From the NCBI GenBank assembly GCA_017465345.1, contig JAFTWI010000083.1, positions 1-61,711 on the forward strand: DNA of 61,711 bases. Reading direction: 5' to 3'. This document shows positions 9,088 through 19,706 of this stretch, piece after piece (position 1 is the first letter of the stretch; every line of letters starts with the position of its first letter). The position numbers and the translations under genes were made by a program. The DNA is from Oscillospiraceae bacterium. GTDB taxonomy: Bacteria > Bacillota > Clostridia > Oscillospirales > Ruminococcaceae. The notes below the pieces were generated by a model. That model saw only the letters and a list, made by a program, of their open reading frames with translations. It searched no databases and was not told the DNA's origin.

Positions 9088-10047
9088 ATGTATCCAATAA
9101 AGCTTACACCTGCATTCAAGGACTATCTCTGGGGCGGAACACGCCTTCGTGACGACTTCGGCAAGGACTGCGACTACGACAAGGTTGCTGAAAGCTGGGA
9201 GCTTTCCTGCCATAAGGACGGAGCTTCCGTTGTTGCAAACGGCGAGCACGCTGGCAAGACACTTGCACAGTATATCGAAACAGAGGGCAAGGCTGTTCTC
9301 GGCAAGAACTGCGAACGCTTTGAACAGTTCCCTATTCTTATAAAGCTTATCGACGCTAAGGATAACCTTTCTGTTCAGGTTCACCCTAACAATGAGTATG
9401 CTCAGCGTGTTGAGGGCGAGTACGGCAAGACAGAAATGTGGTACATCGTTGACTGCGACGAGGGCGCAGAGCTTCTTTACGGCTTCAAGAAGGAAGTCAG
9501 CAAGGACGAGTTTGCTTCAAGAATCAAGGACAACACTCTCCTCGAAATCACACAGTCCGTTCCTGTTAAGAAGGGCGACGTGTTCTTTATCGAGGCAGGT
9601 ACTCTTCACGCTATCGGTAAGGGTATTCTTATTGCTGAAATTCAGCAGAATTCCAACACTACATACCGCATTTATGATTACGGCAGAGTTGGCGCTGACG
9701 GCAAGCCGAGAGAGCTTCACATTGATAAGGCTGTTGAGGTTACCGACCTTTGTCCTGCAAAGCCTTATCCTGTGACAGAAGCTTTCGAGGAAAGCGGTGC
9801 AGTAAAGCGTCTGCTTTCAAAGTGCGAGTATTTCACAGTTTACTCCGTTGACGTGGCTGAAAAGGCTTGCTTCAACGCTGACGAAACTTCCTTCCATAAC
9901 GTGCTTATCCTTGAGGGTAACGCTGAACTCGTTTGCGGCGATACAACACTTGCTCTCAAGAAAGGCGACAGCGTGTTCGTACCTGCAAACTGCGGTGAAT
10001 ATACACTTACAGGTAACTTCAAATCTGTATTTACAAGAATAGACTAA
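9088..10047 (+). CDS. manA: Mannose-6-phosphate isomerase, class I
   Basis: Start chosen at MYPIKL (GGAGG RBS at 9076-9080). Motifs DYLWGG, LSVQVHP and GKTEMWYI are typical of the Firmicute type I PMI cupin. Confidence 0.85.
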   Translation: MYPIKLTPAFKDYLWGGTRLRDDFGKDCDYDKVAESWELSCHKDGASVVANGEHAGKTLAQYIETEGKAVLGKNCERFEQFPILIKLIDAKDNLSVQVHPNNEYAQRVEGEYGKTEMWYIVDCDEGAELLYGFKKEVSKDEFASRIKDNTLLEITQSVPVKKGDVFFIEAGTLHAIGKGILIAEIQQNSNTTYRIYDYGRVGADGKPRELHIDKAVEVTDLCPAKPYPVTEAFEESGAVKRLLSKCEYFTVYSVDVAEKACFNADETSFHNVLILEGNAELVCGDTTLALKKGDSVFVPANCGEYTLTGNFKSVFTRID

Positions 10048-10099
10048 TTGGCATTTCACCTTTTTGCAGGGTGTAATGTCTTGCAAAAGAGGTAAAACA

Positions 10100-11488
10100 A
10101 TGACTATCAAAAACTTATTCGGCGATAAAAAATTCTACAGAACTATTTTCTCGATAGCCGTTCCGATTATGATTCAGAACGGTATCACCAACTTTGTTGC
10201 GCTGCTTGACAACATTATGATTGGTCAGGTGGGCACGGAGCAGATGTCGGGCACGGCGATTGTCAATCAGCTGTTGTTCGTGTTTAATCTGTGTATCTTC
10301 GGCATACTTGCGGGTCCAGGCATTTTCGGTGCACAGTTTTTCGGCAAGGGCAGTACCGAGGGTGTAAAGCATACCTTCCGTTTCAAGGTTATCCTTGCGA
10401 CGATAATACTGCTGTTCGGTATGCTGATACTGAACTTTTTTGATGACCAGCTTATCACGATGTATCTGACTGGCGAGGGCACCGAGGGCAACAAGGCGCT
10501 GACCCTGCAATCGGGTAAGGAATATCTTTCGGTAATGATTATCGGGCTTATTCCATTTACGATTTCTCAGGTTTACGCTTCGACACTCCGTGAAACAAAC
10601 AAGACGCTTCCCCCTATGTTTGCGGGACTTGTGGCGGTGTTTACGAACCTTGCGTTCAACTGGGTGCTGATTTTCGGACACCTTGGTGCACCTGCAATGG
10701 GTGTAAAGGGCGCGGCGATTGCGACAGTTATCGCGAGATTTGTTGAGTGCATAATAGTTGTGGTGTGGACTCACGCGCACAAGCAGGAGAACGAGTTTAT
10801 TATCGGTGCGTTCAGGAATATGCGTATTCCGCCTGAATTGATGAAGAAAATCCTTATCAGCGGTCTGCCGCTGTTTGCCAACGAATTTCTCTGGTCGGCA
10901 GGTATGGCAGTGCTGAACAAGTGCTACTCAGAAAGGGGACTTGACGTTGTTGCGGCAACGAATATTTCATCAACAATTTTCAATCTGTTCTCGGTAATTT
11001 TTATTGCGCTGGGCAACTCGGTGGGCATTATCGTGGGACAGATTCTCGGCACGGGAGATATGAAAAAGGCAAGGGAAACCGACACGAAGCTTATCGTGTT
11101 CACAGTGCTTGCGGGTGCGCTTACGGGCGGACTTATGGCGGCTTTTTCGGGCATGTTCCCGAATTTCTACAACACAACCGACAGCGTAAAGAGTATGGCG
11201 GGAAGTCTGATTATGATTTCGGGTCTGTTTATGCCATTTGCGGCATTTATGCACGCGACTTACTTTACTCTGCGTTCAGGGGGAAGAACCCTTGTCACAT
11301 TCTTATTCGACAGCGCTTACGTCTGGGGCATCACGATACCTACGGCGCTGCTGCTTGTCAACTTCACGGATTTCGGAATACTGAACATCTATTTCAGCTG
11401 TCAGTTCGTGGACATCATCAAGGTTACAATAGGTCTTATTCTCGTTATAAAGGGAGTATGGCTGCGGAATATTGTTAAAAACGATTAA
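10100..11488 (+). CDS. MATE family efflux transporter
   Basis: About 462 aa and about 12 TM segments. The N-terminal pattern (FSIAVPIMIQNGITNFVALLDNIMIGQ) is typical of MATE/NorM. Confidence 0.9.
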   Translation: MTIKNLFGDKKFYRTIFSIAVPIMIQNGITNFVALLDNIMIGQVGTEQMSGTAIVNQLLFVFNLCIFGILAGPGIFGAQFFGKGSTEGVKHTFRFKVILATIILLFGMLILNFFDDQLITMYLTGEGTEGNKALTLQSGKEYLSVMIIGLIPFTISQVYASTLRETNKTLPPMFAGLVAVFTNLAFNWVLIFGHLGAPAMGVKGAAIATVIARFVECIIVVVWTHAHKQENEFIIGAFRNMRIPPELMKKILISGLPLFANEFLWSAGMAVLNKCYSERGLDVVAATNISSTIFNLFSVIFIALGNSVGIIVGQILGTGDMKKARETDTKLIVFTVLAGALTGGLMAAFSGMFPNFYNTTDSVKSMAGSLIMISGLFMPFAAFMHATYFTLRSGGRTLVTFLFDSAYVWGITIPTALLLVNFTDFGILNIYFSCQFVDIIKVTIGLILVIKGVWLRNIVKND

Positions 11489-11508
11489 ATTAAAAGGAGA
11501 AGAAGATT

Positions 11509-12459
11509 ATGAAGTATTACATTGGTATTGACCTGGGCGGAACAAACATCAAGGCTGGTGTGGTAAACGAAAACTACGAGATTATTGCAAAGGCTTCCAC
11601 AAAGACAAAGTGTCCTCGTCCTGCAAAGGAAATTGCTGACGATATGGCTGCTGTAAGTATCGAAGCTGCAAAGAATGCAGGCATTTCAATTGATGACATT
11701 GAGTGGATTGGTATCGGTACTCCCGGTATTGCTGACAACATCAACGGTACAATTCCTTACTCCAACAACCTCGGCTTCAGCAATGTTCCTATCCGTGAAT
11801 ACATTCAGGAACACATCAACAAGCCTGTTTACGTTGCTAACGACGCTAATGCTGCTGCTTACGGCGAATTTGTTGCAGGTGCAGCAAAGGGTGCAACAGA
11901 CGCTGTTTGTATCACACTTGGTACAGGCGTTGGTGCAGGCGTAATCATCGACGGCAAAATCTTCACAGGACGCAATCTTGCTGGTACAGAAATCGGTCAC
12001 ATGGTTATCGAAGTTGACGGTCCACAGTGTACTTGCGGCAGAAAGGGCTGTTTCGAAACGTTCTCCTCTGCAACAGGTCTTATCAATATGACAAAGCAGG
12101 CAATTGCTGAAAATCCAGGCACAGTTATGGCTGAATACGCTGAGAGAGACGGTCACTCCTCCGCACGTCACGCTTTCGACGCTATGCGTGCAGGCGATGC
12201 GGCAGGTAAGGCTGTTGTTGACAAGTACATCAAGTACCTTGCAAGCGGTATCACAAGTGTAATCAACATCTTCCAGCCTGACATCCTCTGCATCGGCGGC
12301 GGTGTCTGCAACGAGGGCGACCCGCTTATGGTTCCTCTCAAGGATCTGGTTGCTAAGGAAGTTTACACAAGAATGATTGAGAAGAATACAAAGATTACTG
12401 TTGCTGAGCTTGGCAACGATGCTGGCATTATCGGTGCGGCTTTCCTCGGTAATTCCTGA
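11509..12459 (+). CDS. ROK family glucokinase
   Basis: 316 aa. IGIDLGGTNIKAG ATP-binding start and the ROK zinc motif GHMVIEVDGPQCTCGRKGC. Confidence 0.85.
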   Translation: MKYYIGIDLGGTNIKAGVVNENYEIIAKASTKTKCPRPAKEIADDMAAVSIEAAKNAGISIDDIEWIGIGTPGIADNINGTIPYSNNLGFSNVPIREYIQEHINKPVYVANDANAAAYGEFVAGAAKGATDAVCITLGTGVGAGVIIDGKIFTGRNLAGTEIGHMVIEVDGPQCTCGRKGCFETFSSATGLINMTKQAIAENPGTVMAEYAERDGHSSARHAFDAMRAGDAAGKAVVDKYIKYLASGITSVINIFQPDILCIGGGVCNEGDPLMVPLKDLVAKEVYTRMIEKNTKITVAELGNDAGIIGAAFLGNS

Positions 12460-12462
12460 TGA

Positions 12463-12490
12463 AAAGCAAAAATTAATTTTTGCTTTACGA
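12463..12490 (+). terminator. Hairpin terminator after the glucokinase gene
   Basis: Perfect palindrome AAAGCAAAAATT/AATTTTTGCTTT directly after the stop. The T-tract is weak. Confidence 0.5.
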
Positions 12491-12534
12491 GTTTTGGCGT
12501 ACCGCCAAAACATCGTAGAAACGTGTAAACAGAG

Positions 12535-13089
12535 GTGTTTATGAGTACATTTGATTTTCTGTCGGGCAGCACCGACATTGACAGCTTTATCGAAAAGCAG
12601 AATAAATACAAATCGCTTAAACGCTCTGAGCTGGACAGCGTGCCGAAGGAAGAAATCGTCCTTGCGGTTACATGCTGGATTGAGGGAAAATTCAAGGAGG
12701 ACTGGTCCGATATGGCAGCTGTCATAAATGGGCTTCCTACTCCTTGCCTTAACCTATATTGCGCCGACTATGTCACAAAGGAAATTATGAACGGCGGCTT
12801 CTCACAGGCTTTTTTCAACACCTCCCGTGACTTTATCGGAGCAGGTGCAGAGGGTTTCCGTGCGCTTGGCTACGAAAAAGCTGACGAGGTTATCGAGTGT
12901 GCGCTGAAAATCAATTTTGACAGCGGCAAAACCTCGGGACGTTCAATTGAGGATTTCTTTGCGCTCAGTGAAAACGACGATTATGACGAGCTGAACAAGG
13001 AATTCTACGGCTTGTTTGATGATGAGAAATTTACGGCGCTGGCTTATGATTATATTATGAAGTATAAGAAATATTTCGGCGATGAATGA
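12535..13089 (+). CDS. Hypothetical protein, possibly DUF4375 (DMP19-like)
   Basis: 184 aa. The [10 protein letters not shown] motif resembles the DUF4375 signature. The assignment is from memory only. Confidence 0.4.
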   Translation: MFMSTFDFLSGSTDIDSFIEKQNKYKSLKRSELDSVPKEEIVLAVTCWIEGKFKEDWSDMAAVINGLPTPCLNLYCADYVTKEIMNGGFSQAFFNTSRDFIGAGAEGFRALGYEKADEVIECALKINFDSGKTSGRSIEDFFALSENDDYDELNKEFYGLFDDEKFTALAYDYIMKYKKYFGDE

Positions 13090-13103
13090 AAGGATTGATA
13101 AAA

Positions 13104-14786
13104 ATGTCTTGTAAGGACTGCAACGAAAACTGCGGAAACTTTTTCTGCGACGGTGCTGAAATGGCACCTCAGCGTTCACTTTTCAACGCACTTGGTATGA
13201 CAAAGGAGGAAATGAAGAAGCCACTGGTTGGTATTGTTTCTTCCTATAACGAAATTGTTCCCGGACATATGAACATTGACAAGATTGTTGACGCTGTAAA
13301 GATGGGCGTTGCTATGGCGGGCGGTACACCTGTTGTGTTCCCTGCAATTGCTGTCTGTGACGGTATTGCAATGGGCCACGAGGGTATGAAGTACTCCCTC
13401 GTAACACGCGACCTCATTGCTGACTCCACTGAATGTATGGCGCTTGCTCACCACTTTGACGCGCTCGTTATGGTACCTAACTGTGACAAGAACGTACCAG
13501 GTCTGCTTATGGCGGCTGCAAGAGTAAATGTTCCTACCGTTTTCGTTTCGGGCGGACCAATGCTTGCAGGTCACGTAAAGGGCAGCAAGACATCTCTTTC
13601 CAGTATGTTTGAAGCAGTTGGTGCTTACACATCAGGAAGAATCAACGAGGAAGAATTTGACGAGTACGAAAACAAGGCTTGTCCTACCTGCGGCTCCTGC
13701 TCTGGTATGTACACAGCTAACTCCATGAACTGCCTTACAGAAGTTCTCGGTATGGGTCTTAAGGGCAACGGTACAATCCCTGCTGTTTACTCCGACAGAA
13801 TCCGTCTTGCAAAGCACGCAGGCATGGCTGTTATGGAGCTTTACAGAAAGAATATCCGTCCCCTTGATATTATGACAGAAAAGGCATTTATGAACGCACT
13901 TGCTGTTGATATGGCACTGGGCTGTTCCACAAACAGTATGCTTCACCTTCCTGCAATTGCCCACGAATGCGGTATTGAAATCAACCTTGATATTGCTAAC
14001 GAAATCAGCGCAAGAACACCTAACCTTTGTCACCTTGCACCTGCAGGTCATACATATATGGAGGACCTGAACGAGGCAGGCGGTGTTTACGCTGTAATGA
14101 ACGAGCTTTCCAAGAAAAATCTGCTTAACCTTGATTGTATGACAGCAACGGGCAAGACAGTTGGCGAAAATATCGCAGACTGCGTAAACCGTGACCCTGA
14201 CGTAATCCGTCCTATCGACAATCCGTACAGCGAAACAGGCGGTATTGCCGTACTGAAGGGCAACCTTGCAAAGGACGGCTGCGTTGTAAAGAGAAGTGCA
14301 GTTGTTGCTGAAATGCTTACACACACTGGCCCTGCAAAGGTTTTCGACTGCGAGGAGGACGCTATGGCGGCAATTCTCGGCGGTAAAATCGTAAGCGGCG
14401 ACGTTGTTGTAATCCGCTACGAGGGTCCAAAGGGCGGCCCTGGTATGCGTGAAATGCTTAACCCTACATCTGCAATCCAGGGTATGGGTCTTGGCAGCGA
14501 GGTTGCGCTTATCACAGACGGACGTTTCTCAGGCGCTTCAAGAGGCGCTTCAATCGGACACGTTTCCCCTGAGGCTGCTGACGGCGGCGTAATCGGTGTT
14601 GTTGAAGACGGCGATATGATTACTATTGATATTCCTGCAAACACAATCACTCTCGATGTTCCGCAGGAAGAAATCGACCGCAGACTTGCAGATTTCACAC
14701 CAAAAACAAAGGAACTCAAGGGCTATCTGAAGCGTTACGCAAAGCTTGTAACATCGGGCGCACAGGGCGCAATTCTCAAGAATTAA
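13104..14786 (+). CDS. ilvD: Dihydroxy-acid dehydratase
   Basis: Full-length IlvD/Edd pattern: [43 protein letters not shown]. Start chosen at ATG 13104 after an AAAGGA RBS. Confidence 0.95.
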   Translation: MSCKDCNENCGNFFCDGAEMAPQRSLFNALGMTKEEMKKPLVGIVSSYNEIVPGHMNIDKIVDAVKMGVAMAGGTPVVFPAIAVCDGIAMGHEGMKYSLVTRDLIADSTECMALAHHFDALVMVPNCDKNVPGLLMAAARVNVPTVFVSGGPMLAGHVKGSKTSLSSMFEAVGAYTSGRINEEEFDEYENKACPTCGSCSGMYTANSMNCLTEVLGMGLKGNGTIPAVYSDRIRLAKHAGMAVMELYRKNIRPLDIMTEKAFMNALAVDMALGCSTNSMLHLPAIAHECGIEINLDIANEISARTPNLCHLAPAGHTYMEDLNEAGGVYAVMNELSKKNLLNLDCMTATGKTVGENIADCVNRDPDVIRPIDNPYSETGGIAVLKGNLAKDGCVVKRSAVVAEMLTHTGPAKVFDCEEDAMAAILGGKIVSGDVVVIRYEGPKGGPGMREMLNPTSAIQGMGLGSEVALITDGRFSGASRGASIGHVSPEAADGGVIGVVEDGDMITIDIPANTITLDVPQEEIDRRLADFTPKTKELKGYLKRYAKLVTSGAQGAILKN

Positions 14787-14797
14787 CGGTGATTTGA

Positions 14798-15226
14798 ATG
14801 GGTAAAAAACTTACGGTCGGAAAGCTTTTCGGCATAATTTTCTGCATTATCGGCACGGCGGTGGCTTGCGTACTGCTGGGGTACAATTTCTACCTCAGCG
14901 GTCAGATGAAGCTTGTTGACAAGTATCTGAAAGCGGTTGCACGTCAGGATTTCACGTCCTTTGTGCAGTGTTATGCGGCTGAATATTCGGAGAAAATCAG
15001 CGAGGAGGATATGGCGGCGGAGAAGTCCGTCGGGGATGTCCTTGTTGACCACGAGGAGTTCAAGGCTGCCGCTGAATTTCAGGGCAGAGAAAAGCTTGGC
15101 GACGGAAGATATATGGTTTACTTTGACCTGACAGTTTACAACGATGACGAGCATCACACCACAGAAAATGTTGCGTGGGTGGTTGTCCGTGACAATGGGA
15201 AATGGGTGCTTGAAGCGGAGGAGTAA
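14798..15226 (+). CDS. Membrane-anchored hypothetical protein
   Basis: 142 aa with an N-terminal TM segment (LFGIIFCIIGTAVACVLLG). No recognisable catalytic motif. Confidence 0.5.
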   Translation: MGKKLTVGKLFGIIFCIIGTAVACVLLGYNFYLSGQMKLVDKYLKAVARQDFTSFVQCYAAEYSEKISEEDMAAEKSVGDVLVDHEEFKAAAEFQGREKLGDGRYMVYFDLTVYNDDEHHTTENVAWVVVRDNGKWVLEAEE

Positions 15227-15246
15227 GGCTGATTTGAGGTGACGGG

Positions 15247-15969
15247 ATGAAAAAGGTGATAAAGGTAACTCTCATTACATTACTTTCGATTATAGCATTG
15301 ATAGTAATTGCGTTTATTGTTCTTATTTTAGTTAACAAACTAAATGAGGAACGTGATACAGATGTTTACCAAGAGAATGGCGTAGATGTGCTTTATATAA
15401 GTCGGGCGCACGGCAGTAATATCGGAACAGGAATGAGTATTGTTTATAATGATGGTGTAATAACACCTACTGAAGAAAGTTTTACATTCAAACCGCTAAA
15501 GGCTGGAAACGCTGTTATTGTAGTAAATTATAATTATGGACCCGAATATTGGTTCACGACTTTATATGATATAACTGTTGACGAAAATCTCAATATAAAT
15601 TATGAACAACGTCGTGTTACTTATCTTTTAGGCTATTGGGATGACTTCTACGGGAATGATATTATAACTGTTGAAAAGGTTGAAAATGTTATAACGTTGT
15701 CAGAAAAAAACATTGAGCAACTTGCTTATGAATTTGAAAATGTATATGGTATTTTAAATAAATGTGATGAGCCTGATACAACAGATATGATAAAGCTAAG
15801 CATAGATTATAGTGCCAGAAAAGAAGAATACTACATTTCAGAGGATAGGATAACTTATCTTGGAGTAAATCACGATGATGACTCAAGTCAATGGTACGAA
15901 TTCACCCCAGACAAATGCTGTAATCTTGATAAGATAAACGAATTGCTTAACGATTTTTTAACCAACTGA
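15247..15969 (+). CDS. Membrane-anchored hypothetical protein (AT-rich)
   Basis: 240 aa with an N-terminal TM segment (VTLITLLSIIALIVIAFIVLILV). Visibly more AT-rich than its neighbours. Confidence 0.5.
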   Translation: MKKVIKVTLITLLSIIALIVIAFIVLILVNKLNEERDTDVYQENGVDVLYISRAHGSNIGTGMSIVYNDGVITPTEESFTFKPLKAGNAVIVVNYNYGPEYWFTTLYDITVDENLNINYEQRRVTYLLGYWDDFYGNDIITVEKVENVITLSEKNIEQLAYEFENVYGILNKCDEPDTTDMIKLSIDYSARKEEYYISEDRITYLGVNHDDDSSQWYEFTPDKCCNLDKINELLNDFLTN

Positions 15970-15971
15970 AA

Positions 15972-16014
15972 AAATCCTGATAAGAACGCAAATTCTTATC
16001 AGGATTTCTTTTTA
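15972..16014. terminator. Bidirectional terminator
   Basis: AAATCCTGATAAGAA...TTCTTATCAGGATTT stem, flanked by A-run and T-run, between convergent genes. Confidence 0.75.
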
Positions 16015-17082
16015 CATCTCGCTTTTCAACTTCAAATTCAGTGTACTCCCCACAAGATAGCTTCTCTCTGCGTTGCAGTAATCGTTGTACCTTTCGGGGC
16101 AGTACCGCCGCACAAGCTTCTTTACTCCGAAAATGTCGCAGAGGTTTTCGTGCACCGCCGCCGAATATGCCGCCATACAGCTTTCGCTGATTTGCTGACG
16201 TGCCGCCTTTTCGATAAGGGCGGGCTTTATTCCGTAGGGGTTTTCGGCAACGGTCATTTTCAGCTTGATTTCGGCATTTACGGTAAGCACGTCCGCCATT
16301 TCAGCGTCAAGCTTCGTGCAGGCGCTTGTGATAAAAACTGTAGCACGGTTCCCGTCAACTTCCACGGGAACCGTTATTTTGTCCCCCGTTTCAAACTGGT
16401 TCAGGAGCAACTTTGCCCCGAGGGTTTCCTTTTCGTCAAGTTTACCACGCACACCGTTTTTCTGCGCAAGGGTAACACCCTCAAAGGTCACGCTTTTCTC
16501 CTCAGCGGCAATAATCGGCAGAGCCGCCGCTGTGTCAAGTTCACCTGTGCTTGCGGCAAGCTCGGCAACGGAAGTGAACAGAGTTTTGCCCTGTGCGGCA
16601 GAGGAGTCAGCAAGGGCGAGAATTTGCTCCGCGGAAAAGGAGCCTTCCTCGGGTAGCGTTTCTATGACGGCGGCGGGGTCGTCGGAGTAGGCGACTGGAC
16701 AAGACGGCGACACGCTTCCGTCAAGGAAAAGGGATAACTCATCGGCGGGATTTTTTATGCCGCCCCCCACAACAAGCATCTTGATGTGTCCCAGAAAAGC
16801 TTTCTTTCCGAGAGTAAGTTCGGCGGTGGAAATTGCTTCGTGAATGGTTGCACCCTCACCTTTTGCGGTGATGGTGTTTGCCTTGCTGACGTCAGGCTCG
16901 GGAGTGCCGCTTTCCGACTTGTACACCTGCATCGAAACAAAGTAAATGTTGTCCTCACGTTCAATTCCCATAAGCTGAACAAAGGCACGGTCGTTGACCT
17001 CGATACCCATTGAACAGCCTGTCAGAAACAGTGTGGCAAGGGTCGCCATGGCTAAAAATTTAAGCTTCATTTTTCTTTTCAC
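16012..17082 (-). CDS. Spore germination receptor subunit C (Ger(x)C lipoprotein)
   Basis: 356 aa. Lipobox LFLTGC followed by the IEVNDRAFVQLMGIE pattern of the GerAC family. Last gene of an A-B-C operon. Confidence 0.8.
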   Translation of the reverse strand: MKRKMKLKFLAMATLATLFLTGCSMGIEVNDRAFVQLMGIEREDNIYFVSMQVYKSESGTPEPDVSKANTITAKGEGATIHEAISTAELTLGKKAFLGHIKMLVVGGGIKNPADELSLFLDGSVSPSCPVAYSDDPAAVIETLPEEGSFSAEQILALADSSAAQGKTLFTSVAELAASTGELDTAAALPIIAAEEKSVTFEGVTLAQKNGVRGKLDEKETLGAKLLLNQFETGDKITVPVEVDGNRATVFITSACTKLDAEMADVLTVNAEIKLKMTVAENPYGIKPALIEKAARQQISESCMAAYSAAVHENLCDIFGVKKLVRRYCPERYNDYCNAERSYLVGSTLNLKLKSEM

Positions 17083-18115
17083 CAGCCTTTCTTCTGGAAA
17101 TAATTAATGCAGTCAATGGAAGTGACCCTGTCAGGAAAATTACGGAGTAGCCCGAACAGAGTATTCTGTAAACTGGGTCAAAGTCAAGTCCCGTCAACGT
17201 GAAAATCATAACCGTTCCGAAAACGAGGACGGCTGCAACGGATGTTCGGAACTTCATTTTAGGGAACACCTCTTCCATAAGTCCTGCGGAAAGATGGAGG
17301 AAAAGGGCGATGTTAAGCACAGCGGTAATGGTCCACACGATAAGGTAAAGGGAGTCACTCCGCTGTAGAAAACGTGCGCCGCCGAATGTGCCGAGAGAAA
17401 GGAAAGGGTAGTCGGTAAGCTGTGCAAAATCACCAAGCACCATACAAATCAGAAGTATTACTCCCTCAACAAGAAACAGCTTTGATGCAAGTAGTCCGTA
17501 AGTGCCGCAGCGGTGCTTTTCCTTGACGTGTTTTGCAAGAAAAGCAAGTGCAACAATCTCACCGTTTCGCGACAAATCGTTCAGTACAGCTGAAAAAAGG
17601 CTTTTTGGGGTAATGGGTGAAAGGTACAGATTTGTAGTGTCAAAGCTTTGCACTGAGGAGAAAACCATAGCTGTAACCGCCGCTACAAACAGCCAGAATA
17701 CTATAACAGCGCTTCGTCCCAGTGCCTCAATTCCAAGGCAGCCGCAGTACACGCAGATGATGAGAAGTACTCCAATCCATAATGTGCTGTCAGCTGTTGG
17801 AAAAAAGCGTGCTGAAAGGAAATTCTGAAAATGAAGCAGCCCGTTTACCGTATATAACAAAAAGAAAAGCAGGTACAGAACTGCTGAAAGAATTCCAAGA
17901 GGACGGCATTTTTTCAGCAGTACGTCTGTAGCGCTGTCCTTGAGAATTACAACGGGAATGAGTATTACCGCCTGAATTGCCGTAGAAATTGCCGTGCCAA
18001 TCATCTGCACCGAAATATCACCCTCTGCAAAGGGTACAAAAGTCATAAGGGTGAAAACCCTGCACATAAAAAGCAGGAGAAGAAGCTGTCCCCAGCTGAT
18101 AATTCGTTTTTCCAT
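17060..18115 (-). CDS. Spore germination receptor subunit B (GerAB-like permease)
   Basis: 351 aa and about 10 TM segments. Positioned between GerAA-like and GerAC-like genes with overlapping stop and start. Confidence 0.8.
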   Translation of the reverse strand: MEKRIISWGQLLLLLFMCRVFTLMTFVPFAEGDISVQMIGTAISTAIQAVILIPVVILKDSATDVLLKKCRPLGILSAVLYLLFFLLYTVNGLLHFQNFLSARFFPTADSTLWIGVLLIICVYCGCLGIEALGRSAVIVFWLFVAAVTAMVFSSVQSFDTTNLYLSPITPKSLFSAVLNDLSRNGEIVALAFLAKHVKEKHRCGTYGLLASKLFLVEGVILLICMVLGDFAQLTDYPFLSLGTFGGARFLQRSDSLYLIVWTITAVLNIALFLHLSAGLMEEVFPKMKFRTSVAAVLVFGTVMIFTLTGLDFDPVYRILCSGYSVIFLTGSLPLTALIISRRKAGEKKNEA

Positions 18116-18116
18116 A

Positions 18117-19604
18117 TCAGTCCTCCATGTTCACGCCGTTGAGCTTTTCAATTGTTGCGTTGCCTGTTGCCATGCGTTTAAAACCCACCCTTGCCAGTAC
18201 ATCACGCATTGCTTTCGGTGTAAACGGAGAAAGCGGCGAAGTGGCAGGTGTACCATAATTTTCAAGTGAGCAAAGATTAATAAGTGTTACAGCCGCAAGC
18301 AGGGATATTCCGTAAAGTCCGCTTATTCCTCCTGTAACAACGGCAATGAAGCGAAGAGTTGTAATCTGCTGATTCAAGTTTGGTACAACAAAGGAAGCTG
18401 TTACCGAAATTGCGCAGACAAGTAGAAGCGGGTTTGAAATTATTCCTGCGGACACGGCAGCATCCCCGATGATAAGTCCTCCCACAATCGAAACCGTACC
18501 GCCCACGCTTTTCGGCAACCGCACTCCCGCTTCACGGATTATTTCGTAGAACAGCAGAACAATAAACGCCTCAACTGCAAGGGGCAATGGTGCAGTCTGC
18601 TCAGCAGAAGCAAGGGTTACGAGAAGCGTGTGGTTGAAAAGTTCGGGGTGAAAGGTTACCACTGCAACGTAAACCGCAGGCAGAAAAATTGCGAGGAAAA
18701 ATGCAAGATAGCGAATCCATCTTATCAGCACAGCATAAAATGGGCGGAAGTTGTAATCGTCAAGTGTCTGAAAATTCTCAATAAACAGTGACGGAATAAC
18801 GATTGCAAAGGGCGTGCCGTCAATAAGCAGACCGATTCGCCCCTCAATGATTTTTGCACAGAAAACGTCGGGACGCTCGGTCACAGAAACACCCGAGAAA
18901 AAACTTGTGTTGGTGTTATCGAGAAAGGGCTCAACATAGCCGCTTCCAAGCAGGCTTTCAAGTGGTAAATCCTCAAGCCTCTTACGGATTTTCTTCACCA
19001 GTCTCATAGGTACACGGTCAGCCATATAGGTCAGTATCACGTCCACGTTTGCAGTTGCTGTCACGGGAAAAAGTTCAAACCTAAGCAGGGGAGATTTGAT
19101 ACGGCGGCGGACCAGTGACATACTGATACGAACTGTTTCCACAAACCCTTCCTGTGCACCACGAATGTTACCCTCAGAGGACGGCTCTGAAATACTTCGG
19201 ATTGAATATCCCTGTACGCCGTAAGCAAAAGCCGTGTCTACGCCGTCGATAAACAGCACCGCAAATCCACTCATCAGCCTGCGGATAATGTCACCATACT
19301 GAGTGCAAAGTCCGCGGTCAATGGCTAAAAGCATACGGTCACGGATGTGCATGAAAATATCGTGTGGAGAAGCATTTTCGGCAACGTGCAGATTTGTAAG
19401 CGGACGTAAAATCAGATTTGTGATAAACTGAATGGAAATCATACCCTCAAAGCACACAAGACAGCAGGGTGTATCATCAATCAGAAATTCATTTATCAGC
19501 AGGTCGGAGCTTCCTCCGAGAATATTTTTTATGTTGGAAATATTCTGCCGCAGCGATTTTTCTATGTTGATTTCCTTAAAATCATAAGCGTCAGGCATAT
19601 TCAT
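18117..19604 (-). CDS. Spore germination receptor subunit A (GerAA/KA family)
   Basis: Start chosen at MNMPDAYDF (GGAG RBS). GerA family pattern: SSDLLINEF..., C-terminal TM bundle, IIGDAAVSAG. Confidence 0.9.
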   Translation of the reverse strand: MNMPDAYDFKEINIEKSLRQNISNIKNILGGSSDLLINEFLIDDTPCCLVCFEGMISIQFITNLILRPLTNLHVAENASPHDIFMHIRDRMLLAIDRGLCTQYGDIIRRLMSGFAVLFIDGVDTAFAYGVQGYSIRSISEPSSEGNIRGAQEGFVETVRISMSLVRRRIKSPLLRFELFPVTATANVDVILTYMADRVPMRLVKKIRKRLEDLPLESLLGSGYVEPFLDNTNTSFFSGVSVTERPDVFCAKIIEGRIGLLIDGTPFAIVIPSLFIENFQTLDDYNFRPFYAVLIRWIRYLAFFLAIFLPAVYVAVVTFHPELFNHTLLVTLASAEQTAPLPLAVEAFIVLLFYEIIREAGVRLPKSVGGTVSIVGGLIIGDAAVSAGIISNPLLLVCAISVTASFVVPNLNQQITTLRFIAVVTGGISGLYGISLLAAVTLINLCSLENYGTPATSPLSPFTPKAMRDVLARVGFKRMATGNATIEKLNGVNMED

Positions 19605-19706
19605 AAAATCACTCCAATCTTTTTGATTATTATTTCCGCAGCGTGTAAAAAAATACATGGATTTTTCCGCAGATTTCGGGAACAATATTGCCAAAGGAGA
19701 GGTTTT

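Noticed and set aside
19623-19706. The N-terminal extension of the DUF421 ORF, and similar extensions at 9040, 10064, 20335, 28809, 34772, 36879, 37960, 43412, 45191 and 51204.
   Set aside because: The extended starts overlap neighbouring genes or terminators and lack an RBS. Internal ATGs with GGAGG-type sites reproduce the family-typical N-termini.
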